Origin: Escherichia phage 21
Length of the DNA: 42,931 nt
Direction: 5' to 3' (one strand)
Sequence record: OL657228.1
Shown here: positions 30,472 to 39,590 of the stretch, piece after piece
How the letters are laid out: each line of letters begins with the position of its first letter
Numbering within the stretch: the stretch's first letter is position 1
The notes under the pieces: generated by a model
Database searches by the model: none
Told to the model about the DNA's origin: nothing
Seen by the model: the letters and a program-made list of their open reading frames with translations, nothing else
Made by a program: the position numbers and the translations under genes

Positions 30472-30632
30472 ACAGCCCCTCGTTTATTATTTATCTCCTC
30501 AGCCAGCCGCTGGGCTTTCAGTGGATTTTGGATAACAGAAAGGCCGGGAAATACCCAGCCTCGCTTTGTAACGGAGTAGACGAAAGTGATCGCACCTACC
30601 CGGATATTATCGTGAGGATGCTTCATCGCCAT
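30444..30632 (-). CDS. hypothetical small protein
   Basis: 62 aa ORF immediately downstream of exo, overlapping the exo stop. Confidence 0.4.
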   Translation of the reverse strand: MAMKHPHDNIRVGAITFVYSVTKRGWVFPGLSVIQNPLKAQRLAEEINNKRGAVCTKHLLLS

Positions 30633-31303
30633 TGCTCCCCAAATACAAAACCAATTTCAGCCAGTGCCTCGTCCATTTTTTCGATGAACTCCGGCACCAT
30701 CTCGTCAAAACTAGCCATGTACTTTTCATCCCGCTCAACCACGACATAATGCAGTCCTTCACGCTTCATACGCGGGTCATAGTTGGCAAAGTACCAGGCA
30801 TCTTTTCGCGTCACCCACATGCTGTACTGCACCTGGGCCATGTAAGCTGACTTTATGGCCTCGAAACCACCGAGCCGGAACTTCATGAAATTCCGGGAGG
30901 TAAACGGGCATTTCAGTTCAAGGCCGTTGCCGTCACTGCATAAACCATCCGGAGAGCAGGCGGTACGCATACTTTCGTCGCGATAGATGATCGGTGATTC
31001 AGTAACATTCACGCCGGAAGTGAACTCAAACAGGGCTCTGGCGTCGTTCTCGTACTGTTTTCCCCAGGCCAGCGCTTTAGCGTTAACTTCCGGAGCCACA
31101 CCGGTGCAAACCTCAGCAAGCAGGGTGTGGAAGTAGGACATTTTCATGTCAGGCCACTTTTTTCCGGAGCGGGGTTTTGCTATTACGTTATGAACTTCTG
31201 AAGCTGTGATGACGCCGAGCCGTAATTTGTGCCACGCATCATCCCCCTGTTCGACAGCTCTCACGTCGATCCCGGTACGCTGCAGGATAATGTCCGGTGT
31301 CAT
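30623..31303 (-). CDS. exo: exonuclease (Red-alpha)
   Basis: 226 aa, essentially identical to lambda Exo as recalled ([40 protein letters not shown]...). Confidence 0.96.
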   Translation of the reverse strand: MTPDIILQRTGIDVRAVEQGDDAWHKLRLGVITASEVHNVIAKPRSGKKWPDMKMSYFHTLLAEVCTGVAPEVNAKALAWGKQYENDARALFEFTSGVNVTESPIIYRDESMRTACSPDGLCSDGNGLELKCPFTSRNFMKFRLGGFEAIKSAYMAQVQYSMWVTRKDAWYFANYDPRMKREGLHYVVVERDEKYMASFDEMVPEFIEKMDEALAEIGFVFGEQWR

Positions 31304-32085
31304 GCTGCCACCTTCTGCTCTGCGGCTTTCTGTTTCAGGAATCCAAGAGCTTTTACTGCTTCGGCCTGTGTCAGTTCTGACGATGCGCGAATGTCGCGGC
31401 GAAATATCTGGGAACAGAGCGGCAATAAGTCGTCATCCCATGTTTTATCCAGGGCGATCAGCAGAGTGTTAATCTCCTGCATGCTTTCATCGTTAACCGG
31501 AGTGATGTCGCGTTCCGGCTGGCGTTCTGCAGTGTATGCGGTATTTTCGACAATGCGCTCGGCTTCATCCTTGTCATAGATACCAGCAAATCCGAAGGCC
31601 AGGCGGGCACACTGAATCATGGCTTTATGCCGTAACATCCGTTTAGGATGCGACTGCCACGGCCCCGTGATTTCTCTGCCTTCGCGGGTTTTGAATGGTT
31701 CGCGGCGGCATTCATCCATCCACTCGGTAACGCAGATCGGATGATTACGGTCCTTGCGGTAAATCCGGCATGTACAGGATTCGTTGTCCTGCTCAAAGTC
31801 CATGCCATCAAACTGCTGGTTTTCATTGATGATGCGGGACCAGCCATCAACGCCCACCACCGGAACGATGCCGTTCTGCTTATCAGGAAAGGCGTAAATT
31901 TCTTTCGTCCACGGATTAAGGCCGTACTGGTTGGCGACGATCAGCAATGCGATGAACTGCGCATCGCTGGCATCACCTTTAAATGCCGTCTGGCGAAGAG
32001 TGGTGATCAGTTCCTGTGGGTCGACAGAATCCATGCCGACACGTTCAGCCAGCTTCCCAGCCAGCGTTGCGAGTGCTGTACTCAT
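31300..32085 (-). CDS. bet: recombinase Bet (Red-beta)
   Basis: 261 aa, essentially identical to lambda Beta ([37 protein letters not shown]...). Confidence 0.96.
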   Translation of the reverse strand: MSTALATLAGKLAERVGMDSVDPQELITTLRQTAFKGDASDAQFIALLIVANQYGLNPWTKEIYAFPDKQNGIVPVVGVDGWSRIINENQQFDGMDFEQDNESCTCRIYRKDRNHPICVTEWMDECRREPFKTREGREITGPWQSHPKRMLRHKAMIQCARLAFGFAGIYDKDEAERIVENTAYTAERQPERDITPVNDESMQEINTLLIALDKTWDDDLLPLCSQIFRRDIRASSELTQAEAVKALGFLKQKAAEQKVAA

Positions 32086-32090
32086 CCGTT

Positions 32091-32507
32091 TTATACCTCT
32101 GAATCAATATCAACCTGATGGTGAGCAATGGTTTCAACCATGTACCGGATGTGTTCTGCCATGCGCTCCTGAAACTCAACATCGTCATCAAATGCACGGG
32201 TAATGGCTTTTTTGCTGGCCCCGCAGCGTTGTAAATGATCGATGCAGAGCGATTCAAACAAATGCTGGGGCAGGCCTTTTTCCATGTCGTCTGCCAGTTC
32301 TGCCTCTTTCTCTTCACGGGCGAGCTGCTGGTAGTGACGCGCCCAGCTCTGAGCCTCAAGACGATCCTGAATGTAATAAGCGTTCATGGCTGAACTCCTG
32401 AAATAGCTGTGAAAATATCGCCCGCGAAATGCCAGGCTGATTAGGAAAACAGGAAAGGGGGTTAGTGAATGCTTTTGCTTGATCTCAGTTTCAGCATTAA
32501 TATCCAT
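32091..32507 (-). CDS. gam: RecBCD inhibitor Gam
   Basis: 138 aa, near-identical to lambda Gam ([24 protein letters not shown]...). Confidence 0.95.
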   Translation of the reverse strand: MDINAETEIKQKHSLTPFPVFLISLAFRGRYFHSYFRSSAMNAYYIQDRLEAQSWARHYQQLAREEKEAELADDMEKGLPQHLFESLCIDHLQRCGASKKAITRAFDDDVEFQERMAEHIRYMVETIAHHQVDIDSEV

Positions 32508-32605
32508 TTTTTATAAGCGTCGACGGCTTCACGAAACATCTTTTCATCGCCAATAAAAGTGGCGATAGTGAATTTAGTCTGGATAGCCATACGTGTTTGA
32601 TCCAT
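32462..32605 (-). CDS. kil: Kil (host division inhibitor)
   Basis: 47-aa frame starting [36 protein letters not shown]..., matches lambda Kil; nested in a longer spurious ORF in the track. Confidence 0.85.
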   Translation of the reverse strand: MDQTRMAIQTKFTIATFIGDEKMFREAVDAYKKWILMLKLRSSKSIH

Positions 32606-32738
32606 TCTTTGGGACTCCTGGCTGATTAAGTATGTCGATAAGGCGTTTCCATCCGTCACGTAATTTACGGGTGATTCGTTCAAGTAAAGATTCGGAAGGG
32701 CAGCCAGCAACAGGCCACCCTGCAATGGCATATTGCAT
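32574..32738 (-). CDS. cIII: CIII (FtsH/HflB inhibitor)
   Basis: 54-aa frame [54 protein letters not shown], identical to lambda CIII as recalled. Confidence 0.92.
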   Translation of the reverse strand: MQYAIAGWPVAGCPSESLLERITRKLRDGWKRLIDILNQPGVPKNGSNTYGYPD

Positions 32739-32810
32739 GGTGTGCTCCTTATTTATACATAACGAAAAACGCCTCGAGTGAAGCGTTATTGGTATGCGGT
32801 AAAACCGCAC

Positions 32811-33179
32811 TCAGGCGGCCTTGATAGTCATATCATCTGAATCAAATATTCCTGATGTATCGATATCGGTAATTCTTATTCCTTCACTACCATCCATTGG
32901 AGGCCATCCTTCCTGACCATTTCCATCATCCCAGTCGAACTCACAAACAACACCATATGCATTTAAGTCTTTCGAAATTGCTATAAGCAGAGCATGTTGC
33001 GCCAGCATGATTAATACAGCATTTAATAAAGAGCCGTGTTTATTGAGTCGGTATTCAGAGTCTGACCAGAAATTATTAATCTGGTGAAGTTTTTCCTCTG
33101 TCATTACGTCATGGTCGATTTCAATTTCTATTGATGCTTTCCAGTCGTAATCAATGATGTATTTTTTGATGTTTGACAT
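32811..33179 (-). CDS. ea10: Ea10 (SSB-like early protein)
   Basis: 122 aa, MSNIKKYIIDYDWKASIEIEIDHDVMTEEKLHQINNFWSD..., near-identical to lambda Ea10. Confidence 0.9.
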   Translation of the reverse strand: MSNIKKYIIDYDWKASIEIEIDHDVMTEEKLHQINNFWSDSEYRLNKHGSLLNAVLIMLAQHALLIAISKDLNAYGVVCEFDWDDGNGQEGWPPMDGSEGIRITDIDTSGIFDSDDMTIKAA

Positions 33180-33198
33180 CTGTTCATATCCTCACAGA

Positions 33199-33232
33199 TA
33201 AAAAATCGCCCTCACACTGGAGGGCAAAGAAG
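33199..33232 (-). terminator. candidate tL2-like terminator between ral and ea10
   Basis: On the minus strand a GCCCTCCAGTGTGAGGGC hairpin is followed by a T-run (approximate coordinates). Confidence 0.5.
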
Positions 33233-33361
33233 ATTTCCAATAATCAGAACAAGTCGACTCCTGTTTAGTTACGAGCGACATTGCTCCGTGTATTCACTCA
33301 TTGGAATGAATACACAGTGCAGTGTTTATTCTGTTATTTATGCCAAAAATAAAGGCCACTA

Positions 33362-33562
33362 TCAGGCAGCTTTGTTGTTCTGTTTACCAAGTTCTCTGGC
33401 AATCATTGCCGTCGTTCGTATTGCCCATTTATCGACATATTTCCCATCTTCCATTACAGGAAACATTTCTTCAGGCTTAACCATGCATTCCGATTGCAGC
33501 TTGCATCCATTGCATCGCTTGAATTGTCCACACCATTGATTTTTATCAATAGTCGTAGTCAT
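33362..33562 (-). CDS. ral: Ral (restriction alleviation protein)
   Basis: 66 aa, MTTTIDKNQWCGQFKRCNGCKLQSECMVKPEEMFPVMEDGKYVDKW..., matches lambda Ral. Confidence 0.92.
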   Translation of the reverse strand: MTTTIDKNQWCGQFKRCNGCKLQSECMVKPEEMFPVMEDGKYVDKWAIRTTAMIARELGKQNNKAA

Positions 33563-33640
33563 ACGGATAGTCCTGGTATTGTTCCATCACATCCTGAGGA
33601 TGCTCTTCGAACTCTTCAAATTCTTCTTCCATATATCACC

Positions 33641-33970
33641 TCAAATAAGTGGTTTGCTGCCTAATTTAATTTTCTGGCGACCAACACAAGTCACACCCAT
33701 TTCACTGCGTGGCTTGCTGTAGTAAATACGGTTCTGTTTACGCTCGACTTCTTCTGCCTTCTTGCAGCGAAGGCTTCCGAGTGATGCTGCTTTATCTGCT
33801 CTGACGCAACCAGAGAGCTTTAGCGCAATTTTTCGCGCCAGTGCTTCATTACTGCGTCGCTCGGCAATAAGTTCTGCTCTGCGAGCTTTGTAGCGGCTTT
33901 TTGCCGTACCTTTGGATTCTTTCCAGACAATGGTTACCATGATGGTCTCCTTTAAGTGGCTTTGGCGCAT
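33641..33970 (-). CDS. N: antitermination protein N (phage-21 type)
   Basis: Arginine-rich motif GTAKSRYKARRAELIAERR matches the phi21 N ARM peptide as I recall it; C-terminus (YYSKP...GVTCVGRQKIKLGSKPLI) is lambda-N-like. Start may be the internal Met (MVTIVWK...). Confidence 0.8.
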   Translation of the reverse strand: MRQSHLKETIMVTIVWKESKGTAKSRYKARRAELIAERRSNEALARKIALKLSGCVRADKAASLGSLRCKKAEEVERKQNRIYYSKPRSEMGVTCVGRQKIKLGSKPLI

Positions 33971-34051
33971 GACGCGTCGAGGTGCTTATCTTCTCGATCG
34001 CTGTCTTGTAGCTGCAATTCGCGCCATCCCCAAAACCACTCAAGTTCTGGT

Positions 34052-34071
34052 CTCAACGGTTAGGTTGAGAG
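34052..34071 (-). promoter_or_regulatory. nutL: nutL boxB-like hairpin
   Basis: Transcript-sense sequence UCUCAAC-CUAACC-GUUGAGA between pL and N; shares the UAACCG loop motif with the nutR hairpin (approximate coordinates). Confidence 0.6.
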
Positions 34072-34136
34072 TCCGTCGATGTTAAAGAGCCTGCCAATCT
34101 GTTCCGTTTGGCTTCCAGCGTCCTGCTGATGGCTTA

Positions 34137-34200
34137 AATTTAAGACTTCTTAATTTATTGGTCAAGTGCATTTTTGAAGAAAACTTAATTTTATGGGCGT
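34137..34200 (-). promoter_or_regulatory. pL: pL promoter and OL operators
   Basis: Minus-strand -35 TTGACC and -10 TAAATT with 17-bp spacing, overlapping a TTAAGACTTCTTAA palindrome that resembles the operator-like palindrome at OR (approximate coordinates). Confidence 0.6.
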
Positions 34201-34227
34201 GAATTTAGTTTGTCTTTGATTTTTAAC

Positions 34228-34254
34228 GGGAAATAAAAAAGGGGCGAAAGCCCC
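34228..34254 (-). terminator. rho-independent terminator just downstream of cI
   Basis: AAGGGGC-GAAA-GCCCCTT hairpin with a flanking T-run on the minus strand, at or just past the cI stop (approximate coordinates). No rexA/rexB follow cI. Confidence 0.65.
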
Positions 34255-34905
34255 TTAAGGAAGGTTTGCTAGCTTGGCATCAACGACAACGCCAATGATT
34301 TTACAGTTCCCATTGATTTCAATCATTGGGTATTGTGGATTGAGTGGTTTCAGGAATTTTCTACCGGCATCAATAACTAACTTTTTGAATGTCGCCTCGT
34401 TTTCTCCTTCAAGTTTGGCGACTACCAGCTTTCCATTACGTGGTTCGACTTCTGGGTCGACGAGAATAATCATCCCCTCAGGAATACTCAGTCCTGCCGG
34501 GGCAGTCATTGAATCGCCTTTAACGTCGAGCCAAAAAGAGTCTTCAGAACAATCTACCGTTGTGTCGTACCAGTTATCTATTGCACGCCTATGATATGGC
34601 TCTACAGCTTCCATCCAACATCCTGCGCTTACCCAACTAATTAGAGGATACGAACCTCTTGGATCATGCCTGCTGTGATAGGCAATGTTTGAAAGACTAT
34701 CCTCTCCTTTCAACAGGTAATCAGGGGAGCACTGCAAAGCCTTGGCTAAGGCCAATAGGTTTTCGCCATTGGGCTCAGTTTCAGATCGCTCCCATTGGGA
34801 AATAGCAACATTAGACACGCCAACCATCTTGCCAAGGGCAGCCTGCCTAATCTTGAGTTCTTTTCTGCGAGCGCGAATACGCTCACCCATCAGTTGTGTA
34901 TTCAT
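34255..34905 (-). CDS. cI: CI-type prophage repressor (HTH plus S24 autopeptidase domain)
   Basis: 216 aa; N-terminal HTH (IRQAALGKMVGVSNVAISQWE), C-terminal LexA-like domain with GDSM serine and downstream lysine; divergent from cro. Confidence 0.9.
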   Translation of the reverse strand: MNTQLMGERIRARRKELKIRQAALGKMVGVSNVAISQWERSETEPNGENLLALAKALQCSPDYLLKGEDSLSNIAYHSRHDPRGSYPLISWVSAGCWMEAVEPYHRRAIDNWYDTTVDCSEDSFWLDVKGDSMTAPAGLSIPEGMIILVDPEVEPRNGKLVVAKLEGENEATFKKLVIDAGRKFLKPLNPQYPMIEINGNCKIIGVVVDAKLANLP

Positions 34906-34985
34906 AGTTAAGACATCTTAAATAAACTTGACTTAAGATTCCTTTGGTGGATAATTTAAGTGTTCTTTAATTTCGGAGCGAGTCT
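34906..34985. promoter_or_regulatory. OR: OR operators with pR (and divergent pRM)
   Basis: Rightward -35 TTGACT and -10 GATAAT (about 34928..34955); palindrome TTAAGACATCTTAA and related half-sites; SD GGAG before cro. Confidence 0.7.
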
Positions 34986-35171
34986 ATGTACAAAAAAGAT
35001 GTTATTGACCACTTCGGAACCCAGCGTGCTGTTGCTAAAGCACTAGGCATTAGCGATGCAGCAGTCTCTCAGTGGAAAGAAGTTATCCCAGAGAAAGACG
35101 CCTATCGATTGGAAATCGTTACAGCTGGCGCCCTGAAGTATCAAGAAAGTGCTTACCGCCAAGCGGCATAA
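34986..35171 (+). CDS. cro: Cro repressor
   Basis: 61 aa with HTH (GTQRAVAKALGISDAAVSQW), divergent from cI across the operator region. Confidence 0.9.
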   Translation: MYKKDVIDHFGTQRAVAKALGISDAAVSQWKEVIPEKDAYRLEIVTAGALKYQESAYRQAA

Positions 35172-35195
35172 GCAAATTGCTCTTTAACAGTTCTG

Positions 35196-35218
35196 GCCTT
35201 TCACCTCTAACCGGGTGA
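35196..35218 (+). promoter_or_regulatory. nutR: nutR boxB hairpin (phage-21 type)
   Basis: UUCACC-UCUAACCG-GGUGAG hairpin between cro and cII, consistent with the phi21 boxB as I recall it (approximate coordinates). Confidence 0.65.
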
Positions 35219-35286
35219 GCAAACATCAGCGGCAAATCCATTGGGTGTGCCGCTATAACTCAATATCAATATAGGTAAATTAACAA

Positions 35287-35586
35287 ATGGCACAAGCAAG
35301 CTACAGCAAGCCAACACAGCGAGAAATTGATCGCGCTGAAACTGATTTACTCATCAACCTGTCAACGCTTACCCAGCGCGGTCTGGCAAAGATGATTGGC
35401 TGTCATGAATCGAAGATAAGCAGAACGGACTGGAGATTTATTGCTTCGGTCTTGTGTGCTTTCGGAATGGCATCAGACATCAGTCCGATTAGCAGGGCTT
35501 TTAAGTATGCGCTTGATGGACTCACAAAGAAAAAACGCCCGGTGTGCAAGACCGAGCGTTCTGAACAAATCCAGATGGAGTTCTGA
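35287..35586 (+). CDS. cII: CII transcriptional activator
   Basis: 99 aa; C-terminus KKKRPVCKTERSEQIQMEF parallels lambda CII; HTH in the centre. Confidence 0.85.
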   Translation: MAQASYSKPTQREIDRAETDLLINLSTLTQRGLAKMIGCHESKISRTDWRFIASVLCAFGMASDISPISRAFKYALDGLTKKKRPVCKTERSEQIQMEF

Positions 35587-35608
35587 GGTCATTACTGGAT
35601 CTATCAAC
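35530..35608 (-). ncRNA. oop: OOP antisense RNA
   Basis: Minus-strand sequence GUUGAUAGAUCCAGUAAUGACCUCAGAACUCCAUCUGGAUUUGUUCAGAACGCUCGG...CCGGGCGUUUUUU matches lambda oop RNA as recalled; antisense to the cII 3' end, ending in a hairpin plus U-run (approximate coordinates). Confidence 0.75.
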
Positions 35609-35618
35609 AGGAGTCATT

Positions 35619-36518
35619 ATGACAAATACAGCAAAAATACTCAACTTCGGCAGAGGTAACTTTGCCGGACAGGAGCGTAATGTGGCAGATCTCGATGATG
35701 GTTACGCCAGACTATCAAATATGCTGCTTGAGGCTTATTCGGGCGCAGATCTGACCAAGCGACAGTTTAAAGTGCTGCTTGCCATTCTGCGTAAAACCTA
35801 TGGGTGGAATAAACCAATGGACAGAATCACCGATTCTCAACTTAGCGAGATTACAAAGTTACCTGTCAAACGGTGCAATGAAGCCAAGTTAGAACTCGTC
35901 AGAATGAATATTATCAAGCAGCAAGGCGGCATGTTTGGACCAAATAAAAACATCTCAGAATGGTGTATCCCTCAAAACGAGGGAAAATCCCCTAAAACGA
36001 GGGATAAAACATCCCTCAAATTGGGGGATTGCTATCCCTCAAAACAGGGGGACACAAAAGACACTATTACAAAAGAAAAAAGAAAAGATTATTCGTCCGA
36101 GAATTCTGGCGAATCCTCTGACCAGCCAGAAAACGATCTTTCTGTGGTTAAACCGGATGCTGCAATTCAGAGCGGCAGCAAGTGGGGAACAGCAGAAGAC
36201 CTGACCGCCGCAGAGTGGATGTTTGACATGGTGAAGACCATCGCGCCATCAGCCAGAAAACCGAATTTTGCTGGGTGGGCTAACGATATCCGCCTGATGC
36301 GTGAACGTGACGGACGTAACCACCGCGATATGTGTGTGCTTTTCCGCTGGGCCTGCCAGGACAACTTCTGGTCCGGTAACGTGCTGAGTCCGGCCAAACT
36401 CCGCGACAAGTGGACCCAGCTCGAAATCAACCGTAACAAGCAACAGGCAGGCGTGACAGCCAGCAAACCAAAACTCGACCTGACAAACACTGACTGGATT
36501 TACGGGGTGGATTTATGA
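35619..36518 (+). CDS. O: replication initiator O
   Basis: 299 aa, essentially identical to lambda O as recalled (MTNTAKILNFGRGNFAGQERNVADLDDGYARLSNMLLEAY...). Confidence 0.96.
   Translation: MTNTAKILNFGRGNFAGQERNVADLDDGYARLSNMLLEAYSGADLTKRQFKVLLAILRKTYGWNKPMDRITDSQLSEITKLPVKRCNEAKLELVRMNIIKQQGGMFGPNKNISEWCIPQNEGKSPKTRDKTSLKLGDCYPSKQGDTKDTITKEKRKDYSSENSGESSDQPENDLSVVKPDAAIQSGSKWGTAEDLTAAEWMFDMVKTIAPSARKPNFAGWANDIRLMRERDGRNHRDMCVLFRWACQDNFWSGNVLSPAKLRDKWTQLEINRNKQQAGVTASKPKLDLTNTDWIYGVDL
35965..36110 (+). repeat. ori: ori-lambda: four O-binding iterons plus adjacent AT-rich region inside the O gene
   Basis: Four tandem 18-20 bp iterons of the form TCCCTCAAAACGAGGGA (atccctcaaaacgaggga / aatcccctaaaacgaggga / atccctcaaattggggga / tccctcaaaacaggggga) followed by an A-rich tract (approximate coordinates). 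Confidence 0.85.
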
Positions 36519-37216
36519 AAAACATCGCCGCACAGATGGTTAACTTTGACCGTGAGCAGATGCGTCGGATCGCCAACAACATGCCGGAACAGTACGACGA
36601 AAAGCCGCAGGTACAACAGGTAGCGCAGATCATCAATGGTGTGTTCAGCCAGTTACTGGCAACTTTCCCGGCGAGTCTGGCTAACCGGGACCAGAACGAA
36701 CTGAACGAAATCCGCCGCCAGTGGGTGCTGGCTTTCCGGGAAAACGGGATCACCACAATGGAACAGGTTAACGCAGGAATGCGCGTAGCCCGTCGGCAGA
36801 ATCGACCATTTCTGCCATCACCCGGGCAGTTTGTTGCATGGTGCCGGGAAGAAGCATCCGTTATCGCCGGACTGCCAAACGTCAGCGAGCTGGTTGATAT
36901 GGTTTACGAGTATTGCCGGAAGCGAGGCCTGTATCCGGATGCGGAGTCTTATCCGTGGAAATCAAACGCGCACTACTGGCTGGTTACCAACCTGTATCAG
37001 AACATGCGGGCCAATGCGCTTACTGATGCGGAATTACGCCGTAAGGCCGCAGATGAGCTTGTCCATATGACTGCGAGAATTAACCGTGGTGAGGCGATCC
37101 CTGAACCAGTAAAACAACTTCCTGTCATGGGCGGTAGACCTCTAAATCGTGCACAGGCTCTGGCGAAGATCGCAGAAATCAAAGCTAAGTTCGGACTGAA
37201 AGGAGCAAGTGTATGA
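36515..37216 (+). CDS. P: replication protein P (DnaB helicase loader)
   Basis: 233 aa, near-identical to lambda P; overlaps O stop. Confidence 0.95.
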   Translation: MKNIAAQMVNFDREQMRRIANNMPEQYDEKPQVQQVAQIINGVFSQLLATFPASLANRDQNELNEIRRQWVLAFRENGITTMEQVNAGMRVARRQNRPFLPSPGQFVAWCREEASVIAGLPNVSELVDMVYEYCRKRGLYPDAESYPWKSNAHYWLVTNLYQNMRANALTDAELRRKAADELVHMTARINRGEAIPEPVKQLPVMGGRPLNRAQALAKIAEIKAKFGLKGASV

Positions 37217-37503
37217 CGGGCAAAGAGGCAATTATTCATTACCTGGGGACGCATAATAGCTTCTGTGCGCCGGACGTTGCCGCGCTAACAGGCGCAACAG
37301 TAACCAGCATAAATCAGGCCGCGGCTAAAATGGCACGGGCAGGTCTTCTGGTTATCGAAGGTAAGGTCTGGCGAACGGTGTATTACCGGTTTGCTACCAG
37401 GGAAGAACGGGAAGGAAAGATGAGCACGAACCTGATTTTTAAGGAGTGTCGCCAGAGTGCCGCGATGAAACGGGTATTGGCGGTATATGGAGTTAAAAGA
37501 TGA
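37213..37503 (+). CDS. ren: Ren
   Basis: 96 aa, MTGKEAIIHYLGTHNSFCAPDVAALTGATVTSINQAAAKMARAG..., matches lambda Ren. Confidence 0.9.
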   Translation: MTGKEAIIHYLGTHNSFCAPDVAALTGATVTSINQAAAKMARAGLLVIEGKVWRTVYYRFATREEREGKMSTNLIFKECRQSAAMKRVLAVYGVKR

Positions 37504-37526
37504 CCATCTACATCACTGAGCTAATA

Positions 37527-37556
37527 ACAGGCCTGCTGGTAATCGCAGGCCTTTTT
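37527..37556 (+). terminator. tR2-like rho-independent terminator
   Basis: AGGCCTGC-tggtaatc-GCAGGCCT hairpin followed by TTTTTATTT between ren and ninB (approximate coordinates). Confidence 0.65.
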
Positions 37557-37576
37557 ATTTGGGGGAGAGGGAAGTC

Positions 37577-38017
37577 ATGAAAAAACTAACCTTTGAAATT
37601 CGATCTCCAGCACATCAGCAAAACGCTATTCACGCGGTACAGCAAATTCTTCCAGACCCAACCAAACCAATCGTAGTAACCATTCAGGAACGCAACCGCA
37701 GCTTAGACCAGAATCGAAAGCTTTGGGCTTGCCTTGGTGACGTCTCTCGTCAGGTTGAATGGCATGGTCGCTGGCTGGATGCAGAAAGCTGGAAGTGTGT
37801 GTTTACCGCAGCATTAAAGCAGCAGGATGTTGTTCCTAACCTTGCCGGGAATGGCTTTGTGGTAATAGGCCAGTCAACCAGCAGGATGCGTGTAAGCGAA
37901 TTTGCGGAGCTATTAGAGCTTATACAGGCATTCGGTACAGAGCGTGGCGTTAAGTGGTCGGACGAAGCGCGACTGGCTCTCGAATGGAAAGCGCGATGGG
38001 GAGACAGGGCGGCATGA
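37577..38017 (+). CDS. ninB: NinB recombination protein
   Basis: Start [21 protein letters not shown] with SD GGGAGAGGGAAG upstream; matches lambda NinB. Confidence 0.9.
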   Translation: MKKLTFEIRSPAHQQNAIHAVQQILPDPTKPIVVTIQERNRSLDQNRKLWACLGDVSRQVEWHGRWLDAESWKCVFTAALKQQDVVPNLAGNGFVVIGQSTSRMRVSEFAELLELIQAFGTERGVKWSDEARLALEWKARWGDRAA

Positions 38018-38196
38018 GACGACAGCGACGAAGTATCACCGACATCATCTGCGAAAACTGCAAATACCTTCCAACGAAACGCTCCAGAAATAAACGCAAG
38101 CCAATCCCAAAAGAATCTGACGTAAAAACCTTCAACTACACGGCTCACCTGTGGGATATCCGGTGGCTAAGACATCGTGCGAGGAATACAAGGTGA
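38014..38196 (+). CDS. small Nin-region zinc-finger-like protein (NinD/NinE-like)
   Basis: 60 aa, [24 protein letters not shown]...; start overlaps the ninB stop (ATGA); which lambda nin ORF it corresponds to is uncertain. Confidence 0.6.
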   Translation: MRRQRRSITDIICENCKYLPTKRSRNKRKPIPKESDVKTFNYTAHLWDIRWLRHRARNTR

Positions 38197-38363
38197 TTGA
38201 CCCAAATCGAAGTTACGAACAAGAAAGCGTCGAGCGGGCTTTAACGTGCGCTAATTGCGGTCAGAAGCTGCATGTGCTGGAAGTTCACGTGTGTGAGTAC
38301 TGCTGTGCAGAGCTGATGAGCGATTCGAATAGCTCGATGCACGAGGAAGAAGATGATGGCTAA
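38193..38363 (+). CDS. ninF: NinF-like small protein
   Basis: GTG start ([37 protein letters not shown]...) with SD GAGGA 8 nt upstream; Cys-rich; resembles lambda NinF from memory. Confidence 0.6.
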
Positions 38364-38967
38364 ACCAGCGCGAAGACGATGTAAAAACGATGAATGTCGG
38401 GAATGGTTTCACCCTGCATTCGCTAATCAGTGGTGGTGCTCTCCAGAGTGTGGAACCAAGATAGCACTCGAACGACGAAGTAAAGAACGCGAAAAAGCGG
38501 AAAAAGCAGCAGAGAAGAAACGACGACGAGAGGAGCAGAAACAGAAAGATAAACTTAAGATTAGAAAACTCGCCTTAAAGCCCCGCAGTTACTGGATTAA
38601 ACAAGCCCAACAAGCCGTAAACGCCTTCATCAGAGAAAGAGACCGCGACTTACCATGTATCTCTTGCGGAACGCTCACGTCTGCTCAGTGGGATGCCGGA
38701 CATTACCGGACAACTGCTGCGGCACCTCAACTCCGATTTGATGAACGCAATATTCACAAGCAATGCGTGGTGTGCAACCAGCACAAAAGCGGAAATCTCG
38801 TTCCGTATCGCGTCGAACTGATTAGCCGCATCGGGCAGGAAGCAGTAGACGAAATCGAATCAAACCATAACCGCCATCGCTGGACTGTCGAAGAGTGCAG
38901 GGCCATCAAGGCGGAGTATCAGCAGAAACTCAAAGACCTGCGAAACAGCAGAAGTGAGGCCGCATGA
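38353..38967 (+). CDS. ninG: NinG (Rap) recombination endonuclease
   Basis: 204 aa, [34 protein letters not shown]..., matches lambda NinG. Confidence 0.92.
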
Positions 38968-39010
38968 CGTTCTCAGTAAAAACCATTCCAGATCACAAGG
39001 GAGAAGGCGC

Positions 39011-39499
39011 ATGGGCATAAGAGAACTAAACCTCACCAAAGAACAGCACGAGTGGCTGAATGGCTGGCTTGAACTGTGGGGCGCATGGGTTTATTCAGGT
39101 CGTCTGGAAAAGCGCATGAGCAGCGTAATAGCTAAGTTCATGGAGAGCGTAGAGCCGGGAAGAGTTATGACAAGGCCAATGTGTAATGATGATGATGGAA
39201 TGTTGATTTCTCAGGTCGTCGATTCCGTCATGTACATTGACAAGAAAGCCTTTGGCATCCTCCTCAGCTACTACGCCCACGGCTCTTCCAAGCACGCCAT
39301 TGCATCTTACTATCATCGCGTCGCAAGACCTCGCAAGATGTTATGCCGGGGCGGCGGGCGCATTCAAAAACCATCGCTCGCAACCTGTCGACGGGAAGTT
39401 GACGAAATCCTCAATGCCTCGTTGTTTATGATTTACCCGGTTCTGGATAGTGCGTTTAAAAACCGGAAACGTGTAGAGAAAATTAAACATGTAGCATAG
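39011..39499 (+). CDS. Q: late-gene antiterminator Q (non-lambda, phage-21-like type)
   Basis: 162-aa frame from MGIRELNLTKEQHEWL with SD GGAGAAGG upstream; sits between the nin genes and the pR'/tR' region; no similarity to lambda Q, so identity rests on position and size. Confidence 0.6.
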   Translation: MGIRELNLTKEQHEWLNGWLELWGAWVYSGRLEKRMSSVIAKFMESVEPGRVMTRPMCNDDDGMLISQVVDSVMYIDKKAFGILLSYYAHGSSKHAIASYYHRVARPRKMLCRGGGRIQKPSLATCRREVDEILNASLFMIYPVLDSAFKNRKRVEKIKHVA

Positions 39500-39544
39500 A
39501 ACGTGTTGACATCATTGAGCAAATGAGCAACACTATTCGCATAA

Positions 39545-39590
39545 GCTGCCGTTAGTGACTCTTAAGTTGCAACGGTGGCTTTTTTTATTT
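39545..39590 (+). terminator. tR'-like terminator downstream of Q (with pR' candidate about 39505..39540)
   Basis: GCCGTT...AACGGTGGC hairpin followed by TTTTTTTATTT; TTGACA -35-like hexamer just after the Q stop (approximate coordinates). Confidence 0.6.

Noticed and set aside
33281-33312. Inverted repeat TGTATTCA-n12-TGAATACA downstream of ral
   Set aside because: No flanking U-run on the transcribed strand, so not an intrinsic terminator; could be a binding site, but evidence is a single palindrome, so not called as a feature.
33288-33539. 83-aa plus-strand ORF overlapping ral
   Set aside because: Antisense to ral, which matches lambda Ral; opposite to the direction of the pL operon and without promoter or SD.
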